Assembly (NCBI GenBank): GCA_035652295.1
Contig: DASREC010000428.1
Span: forward strand, 1 to 52,549
DNA from: Polyangia bacterium
GTDB lineage: Bacteria; Myxococcota_A; Polyangia; Palsa-1104
Direction: 5' to 3'
Length of the DNA: 52,549 nucleotides
A program made the translations under genes and the position numbers. The first letter of the stretch is position 1. Every line of letters begins with the position of its first letter. Positions 47,845 through 52,549 of this stretch are shown one piece after another. The notes below the pieces were generated by a model, which saw only the letters and a list, made by a program, of their open reading frames with translations, did no database searches and was not told the DNA's origin.

Positions 47845-48942
47845 ATGCGTTCGGCATTGACGTGTTGCGTGCTCGCGCCGTGCTGGCTGCTCGCGTGCTC
47901 CTCGCGCAGCGCCGATCCGTGCATCGCCGCGGGGACGTGTCCGCCGGGCGTGTGGATCGACGTGACGCCGAGCCAGATGTCCGCGGTGCTGCGCCCGACG
48001 GCGAACGTGTTCGGCCCCGGCAGCATCACCGGCGATCCGGCGCGCCCGAGCGATCTCTACGTCGGCGGCTCGAGCGCCGGGCTGTGGAAGTCGACGGACT
48101 ATGGCAACAGCTGGACGAAGATCAACGACACGCTGCCGGACGTTCCGCGCGGCATGGTGATCGCCGTGGCGGGAACCACGCCCGCGACAATCTGGGCCGC
48201 GGGCTATAACACCATTTACAAGTCTGTAGACGCGGGCGTTACGTTCAAACAAACCGCGCTCACGGTTTCACTCTATTCATTGACGGTCGATCCAAACGAT
48301 CCCACTCATTTGATCAGCGGGCTTCACGAAGCCGACGGGATCGTCGAGTCGACGGACGGCGGCGCCACGTGGCGGCTCGTCGGCGGCGCCGGTTTCCCGT
48401 CGGGCGGCGTCTCCTGGTATCCGTTCTTCGTCGACGCGGGCGGCGCGGCGGCGACGCGGCAAACCTGGTTCGCCATCGCGCAGAACGGCGCGAGCGCGAT
48501 CCTCACGCACGACGCGGGCGCGAGCTGGACCATTCCCAATGGACTGAACGGCCTTCAGCACCCGCACGGCAATTCGCAGCTCTATCAAAACGGGAGCACG
48601 CTTTATATCGCGGGCGATGGTGGTCCAATGGGACAAGGCGTCTATCGTTCGAGCGATCTCGGCGCGAATTGGTCGCGCGTCGATAGCGGACAGACGCCGG
48701 AGGCGCTCGTCTGGGGAACGCCGAAGAGCGTCTATGCGATGTACGCGTGGGCGTGCGCCGGCTGCAAGTTGGGGACGCAGTTCGAGAGCGCGCCGCAGCC
48801 GGGATTGGATTGGTCGATGAGCAGCGTTCCGAGCGAGCTGGTGATTGGTCCCAATAGTGTTGTTGTCACCAATGACGGTACTCACTACATCTTTGTCGGT
48901 TTGATGTGGGACCAGGGATTGTGGCGCTTCGTCGAGCCGTGA
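47845..48942 (+). CDS. BNR/Asp-box repeat beta-propeller lipoprotein
   Basis: Lipobox WLLACS. Asp-boxes STDYGNSW, SVDAGVTF, STDGGATW, THDAGASW, SSDLGANW. Confidence 0.8.
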   Translation: MRSALTCCVLAPCWLLACSSRSADPCIAAGTCPPGVWIDVTPSQMSAVLRPTANVFGPGSITGDPARPSDLYVGGSSAGLWKSTDYGNSWTKINDTLPDVPRGMVIAVAGTTPATIWAAGYNTIYKSVDAGVTFKQTALTVSLYSLTVDPNDPTHLISGLHEADGIVESTDGGATWRLVGGAGFPSGGVSWYPFFVDAGGAAATRQTWFAIAQNGASAILTHDAGASWTIPNGLNGLQHPHGNSQLYQNGSTLYIAGDGGPMGQGVYRSSDLGANWSRVDSGQTPEALVWGTPKSVYAMYAWACAGCKLGTQFESAPQPGLDWSMSSVPSELVIGPNSVVVTNDGTHYIFVGLMWDQGLWRFVEP

Positions 48943-48987
48943 TGCCGTGCTGCTCGGACAGACAATAGGCATCGGTTCCGTCACGCT

Positions 48988-49034
48988 GTAACGCCGAAGG
49001 TTACGGCGGCGCGCGCGTTGACCGGCGTGGTTAC
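48988..49034. promoter_or_regulatory. Second GTAAC/GTTAC cluster (candidate enhancer) upstream of a sigma-54-like promoter
   Basis: GTAAC 48988, GTTAC 49000, GTTAC 49030. The latter two are followed by GC-only runs, as at 5909-5955. Confidence 0.3.
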
Positions 49035-49063
49035 GTCGCGGCGCGCGATTGCGCGGGAAATGG

Positions 49064-49079
49064 TGGCGCGCTTTCTGCT
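49064..49079 (+). promoter_or_regulatory. Candidate sigma-54 promoter
   Basis: TGGCGCgctttcTGCT with correct GG-N10-GC spacing; 14 nt from the -12 C to ATG 49093. Confidence 0.3.
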
Positions 49080-49092
49080 CCGTGCGCGCGTC

Positions 49093-49305
49093 ATGAAGAC
49101 AGTCGGGTGGATGCTGGTAATGGCGGCGGCGGCGATCGGTTGCGATCGGCCGGCGCCGCGCGAGGCGCCGGGCGATCGCGTGATCATCGATCCGGGCGCG
49201 GCGGCGCGGTTGGCGCTGCGCCTCGAGCCGCGCGCGCCGGCGCCGGCGCTCGCGCCCGAGGAGGCGGCGCTGCGCCGGGCGGTGCACGCGGGAGCGGCGC
49301 GATGA
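49093..49305 (+). CDS. Small lipoprotein (70 aa)
   Basis: MKTVGWMLVMAAAAIGC lipobox. The stop overlaps the next ATG (ATGA). Short and Ala/Arg-rich, so uncertain. Confidence 0.45.
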   Translation: MKTVGWMLVMAAAAIGCDRPAPREAPGDRVIIDPGAAARLALRLEPRAPAPALAPEEAALRRAVHAGAAR

Positions 49306-51143
49306 GGGCGCTGCTGGTCGTGGCGCTGGTCGGCGGCTGTAGCGGCGCAAATCCCGGCGCCGTGCAGTGCGCCAGGGACGTCGATTGCAAAGGCACGCGC
49401 ATCTGCGTCGCCGGGCAATGCGTCGATTCCGAGTCGGGCGATCTCGCGCCCGCTGCGCCGCTCGACGGCGGCGATCTCGACGGCGCGCTCGCGCCCGACG
49501 GCGGCGATCTCGCGATTGCGCCGCTCGACGGCGGCGACCTGGCGATCCTCGACAGCGCGGGCGACGGCGGCGACCTGGCGGGCTTCGACGGCGCGGTTGT
49601 CGATGGCGGCGACCTGGCGATCGTCGACGGCGCGAACGATCTACCGGGGCCGCTCGATCTCGGCGGCGCCGATCTGGCGCCGCGGATCGCCTGGGGCGCG
49701 CCGTGCACGGCGGCCTCGGCCTGCGCCGCGCCGCCGGGCGAGACCGGCGCGTGCGCGCTCAGCTTCGGCACGCCGGCGTGCCTGCACACGTGCAACGCGC
49801 TTCCCGACTACGGCTCGTGCGAAGCCGGCAAAGGCATCTGCATCCCGGTCGGCGGCGGCGCCAAGTACTGCTTCGCCCGCTGCGGCGATTTGCCGCAGCT
49901 CCAGTGCGCGCCCGGCACCGGCTGCGCGCTGGTCGGCCGCGCGGTCTACGGCGGCGCCAACTATCCCGTCGGCGCGTGCGTCGCGTCATGCACCGCCGGC
50001 GGCCCCGACGCGTGCACGCGCGCCGGCACCACCTGCGATCCGGTGACCAGCCACTGCGTCGACAGCGCCACCTGCGGCGGCTGCGCGGCCGGCACCACCT
50101 GCCAGCCGAACGGCAGCTGCAACCCGCCGTCGCCGTCGCCGCTCTACGGCAGCTGCACGGCGCTCAACCCGAGCTGCGCCGACCAGCTCTGCTACGGCGA
50201 CGTCCTCGGCGGCAGCTGCGCGCGCTTCTGCGACTCGAGCGCGAGCGGCCTCCAGGCGTGCGGCGCCGGCGGAACCTGCTGGACCGACATCGACGTCACG
50301 CCCGAGGCGCCGAACGACTCGGGCGTGGTCACCGTCGACAACGGCTCGTTCATCGCCGCCGGCGGGCGCACGGTCGGCCTCTGTCTCAAGAGCTGCACCA
50401 CCGCGAGCGACTGCCCGTTCGGCTGGCACTGCGCCGAGATCAACGGGCGGCGCGGCTGTCTCATGAACCCCGATCCGTCGCCGTCGATCACCAGCGGCTC
50501 GCAGCAGCCGGGCGATCCGTGCACGTCGAGCGGCGACTGCGTCAGCAACAACTGCGTCCTGCAATCGACCGCGTGGCGCTACGGCGCGTGCGGCCGCGTC
50601 TCGACGGCGGTGGCCTGTCCCGCGGGCACCACCGCCGACGCCGCCACGCCGCTCCTCTGCCACAAGAACTGCACCGGCACGATCGGCGGCGAGTGTCCGG
50701 CGACGCAGGTGTGCAACCCGGTCAAAGGTTGGTGCGAGGTGGCGCTCTGCCGCTCGAGCGGCGACTGCTCGTTCCTCGGGCAGTGCAGCACGCAAGCGGC
50801 GGCGTGTCAGTCTGCGCCGGCGACGAGCGGCGGCGCGGTGGGCGCGGCGTGCACCGTCGACGGCGACTGCCTGAGCGGCCGCTGCTCGAAGCCGAGCGGC
50901 ACGCTCTGGCCCGGCGGCTACTGCTCGGCGCCATGCCAGGTGAACGCCGACTTCACCGACTCGTGCCCGTCGGGGAGCGTGTGCGGGCCGATGAACGCGG
51001 GCGGTCTGTACATCGGCGTCGAGGGGCAGTGCCTGGCGTTGTGCGACGCGGGCGCGGTGGCGCGCTTCGGCTCGTGCCGCGTCGGCTACAAGTGCACGCC
51101 GTTCGCGTACGACCCGCGCTTCGGCGCTTGCGTTTCGATGTAG
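49302..51143 (+). CDS. Cys-rich repeat lipoprotein with DGGDLA linker
   Basis: Lipobox ALVGGCS, DGGDL(A/D) tandem units, then more than 50 Cys in repeated C-x-x-x-x-C / DCxSGxC modules. Confidence 0.75.
   Translation: MRALLVVALVGGCSGANPGAVQCARDVDCKGTRICVAGQCVDSESGDLAPAAPLDGGDLDGALAPDGGDLAIAPLDGGDLAILDSAGDGGDLAGFDGAVVDGGDLAIVDGANDLPGPLDLGGADLAPRIAWGAPCTAASACAAPPGETGACALSFGTPACLHTCNALPDYGSCEAGKGICIPVGGGAKYCFARCGDLPQLQCAPGTGCALVGRAVYGGANYPVGACVASCTAGGPDACTRAGTTCDPVTSHCVDSATCGGCAAGTTCQPNGSCNPPSPSPLYGSCTALNPSCADQLCYGDVLGGSCARFCDSSASGLQACGAGGTCWTDIDVTPEAPNDSGVVTVDNGSFIAAGGRTVGLCLKSCTTASDCPFGWHCAEINGRRGCLMNPDPSPSITSGSQQPGDPCTSSGDCVSNNCVLQSTAWRYGACGRVSTAVACPAGTTADAATPLLCHKNCTGTIGGECPATQVCNPVKGWCEVALCRSSGDCSFLGQCSTQAAACQSAPATSGGAVGAACTVDGDCLSGRCSKPSGTLWPGGYCSAPCQVNADFTDSCPSGSVCGPMNAGGLYIGVEGQCLALCDAGAVARFGSCRVGYKCTPFAYDPRFGACVSM
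49437..49683 (+). repeat. Coding tandem repeat (GACGGCGGCGAYCTSGCG units, DGGDLA peptide)
   Basis: LDGGDLDGALAPDGGDLAIAPLDGGDLAILDSAGDGGDLAGFDGAVVDGGDLAIVDG read from the translation and the DNA. Confidence 0.6.
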
Positions 51144-51256
51144 TCGCCGCCCGCGACCTATTAATGGTGGGGCGGTTCTACGACACGGCTGTCGCGCTAA
51201 GCTGCTCGCGGCGATTTCGCCGCCGCCGAACTCGTTGATTTCTCGTCGACGGCGCG

Positions 51257-51272
51257 CGGCATCCATCGTGCT
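51257..51272 (+). promoter_or_regulatory. Weak sigma-54-like promoter candidate
   Basis: CGGCATccatcgTGCT with correct GG-N10-GC spacing. 24 nt containing a GGAGGAG RBS precede ATG 51296. Confidence 0.2.
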
Positions 51273-51295
51273 GAAGGGTCTCGCCGGAGGAGACC

Positions 51296-51688
51296 ATGAT
51301 TGGAATGCGGCGCTCGAGCTCGCTCGCGGTGGTGTGCTTGTTGATGTGCGTACCCGCGGGCTGCAACACGAACGGCAACAATGCGCAGGACGATGGCGGA
51401 GCCGATCTGCGATCCAACGTGGAGGACGCGGGCGGGCCGTGCGTCGTCGACACCGACTGCCCGTCGACGTCGACCGAGTTCTTCGTGTGCGCCTACAAGA
51501 TCGCGGACGGCTGCTCGGCGCACGGGCGCTGCGCGCCGATCCACGTGCCGACGTGCGCGTCGTTCATCGAGCTGTGCGGCTGCGACGGCTCGAAGGTGCG
51601 ATCGGGATCGTGCATGTACCAGGACGGCTACGCGGGCGGGCCGACCACCGGCAGCCCCGGGCCGACGTGCGGCGACGGCGGGCCGTGA
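51296..51688 (+). CDS. Small Cys-rich lipoprotein
   Basis: Lipobox VPAGC, 12 or more Cys, GGAGGAG RBS. Confidence 0.6.
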   Translation: MIGMRRSSSLAVVCLLMCVPAGCNTNGNNAQDDGGADLRSNVEDAGGPCVVDTDCPSTSTEFFVCAYKIADGCSAHGRCAPIHVPTCASFIELCGCDGSKVRSGSCMYQDGYAGGPTTGSPGPTCGDGGP

Positions 51689-51700
51689 CGCGCGGCGCGG

Positions 51701-52549
51701 CTACTGCTCGAGGCAGAACAGCAGCGTCGTCGACGAGCCGCAGTTGATCGGCGCGACGCCGGCGCCGGCGCGCGTGACCGAACCGACCAGGCCGTTCACG
51801 GTGCTGGAGTTGCTCGTCCAGTCGGTGCAGTTGTCGGTGGCGCTGCCGAGCCACGCCGAGATGCCCGGCCCGTAGCGGCCGCCGCCCGGTCCGGTGATGA
51901 GCGGCGCCAGACGCTGCGCGTCGCCGTTCTCGATCACCGTGGTGCGCGTCGACGGCGCGAGCAGCACGTTGTCCATGCGGTGCCACAACGCGCCCGCGAG
52001 GTTGAAGCGCGAGAGCCCGGTCGCCGTCGAGCCGTTGAGGTACGCCATGAAGCTCGAGCCGAGGCCGTGAGAGCTGGCCTCGCTGGCGCACTGCGCGTCG
52101 GCGGCGGTCGGGCCGTTCATCGGCGACCATATGTTGTTGGTGGCGAACGCGCGGCGCCCCGCCGGCGCGTCGACGGTGAGCGGCACGGTGTCGAGCATCT
52201 CGAAGCAGTAGAGCGCCGCCGCTTGATCGCAGCCTTGCGTGTTGATCGCGAGCCACCAGTTGCTGCCCTCGGCGGCGTAGCCGTAATAGGCGGTGCCCTG
52301 GTTGGTGGTCATGCTCCAGTCGGTGCAGTTGTTGCTGGGCGCGCCGCTCGCGCCGAGGCCGGTCCAGACTTTGTTGTTGTTCGGGTTGCCGAGCTCGTCG
52401 AACGCGATCGGATAGTAGTGCGCGCCGGCGAACAGGCTGGTGGGATCGTCGGCGAACGGCAGCCCGTCGACGCGCACCCAGCCGCGGAAGCCGCCGAGCC
52501 GCACCGCGCCGCCGGCGCCGCTCAACCCGAGCAGCGCGTGGAAGTTTGC
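51701..52549 (-). CDS. Secreted protein with two copies of an NCTDW-containing module; 5' end outside the window
   Basis: The frame is open to the window edge (ANFHALLG precedes the TTG called by the ORF track). Internal duplication: APSNNCTDWSMTTNQGTAYYG versus SATDNCTDWTSNSSTVNGLVG. C-terminus LLFCLEQ. Confidence 0.6.
   Translation of the reverse strand, partial: ANFHALLGLSGAGGAVRLGGFRGWVRVDGLPFADDPTSLFAGAHYYPIAFDELGNPNNNKVWTGLGASGAPSNNCTDWSMTTNQGTAYYGYAAEGSNWWLAINTQGCDQAAALYCFEMLDTVPLTVDAPAGRRAFATNNIWSPMNGPTAADAQCASEASSHGLGSSFMAYLNGSTATGLSRFNLAGALWHRMDNVLLAPSTRTTVIENGDAQRLAPLITGPGGGRYGPGISAWLGSATDNCTDWTSNSSTVNGLVGSVTRAGAGVAPINCGSSTTLLFCLEQ

Noticed and set aside
49437-49683. Possible CRISPR-like or noncoding repeat array
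   Set aside because: The units are short (about 21-30 nt), imperfect and lack unique spacers. They are in frame, encoding DGGDLA peptide repeats of a lipoprotein. No cas genes are present.

Overview
52.5-kb, very GC-rich bacterial chromosomal segment. GC is about 70% by eye, and hand-counted 60-nt samples range from 43% to 77%. The gene content looks like a Myxococcota (Polyangia-like) genome: TPR-containing Ser/Thr kinases, FHA-domain sigma-54 enhancer-binding proteins, many Cys-anchored lipoproteins with DGGDLA-type linkers, and beta-helix/beta-propeller exoproteins. This taxonomy is inference only. About 46 CDS are supportable. Most other long ORFs in the six-frame track are Arg/Ala/Gly-rich shadow frames of these genes. 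Landmarks: (1) Two adjacent kinase/FHA-EBP signalling modules (5995-15522). (2) A duplicated SiaB/SiaC-like partner-switch cassette (GHKL kinase plus DUF1987, 19469-21213). It converges on a PAS-PP2C phosphatase gene that is translationally coupled to the end of a ~14-kb, 15-gene, almost gap-free minus-strand operon (35199->21182). That operon encodes a group 1h/5-type (Tat-less, high-affinity type) [NiFe]-hydrogenase, conserved accessory unknowns and a full hypFCDE/hypAB maturation set. (3) A sigma-54-type promoter in front of a lysozyme-like lipoprotein plus two compositionally atypical unknown genes (37391-41105). (4) A beta-trefoil-thaumatin fusion protein. (5) A set of Cys-rich lipoproteins. 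No rRNA, tRNA, CRISPR array, transposase or integrase was recognised. Non-genic signals: a 17-nt palindrome TGCGGCAA-N-TTGCCGCA recurs at least six times; GTTAC clusters lie 60-125 nt upstream of sigma-54-like promoters; and several promoters sit so close to the start codon that the mRNAs would be leaderless.
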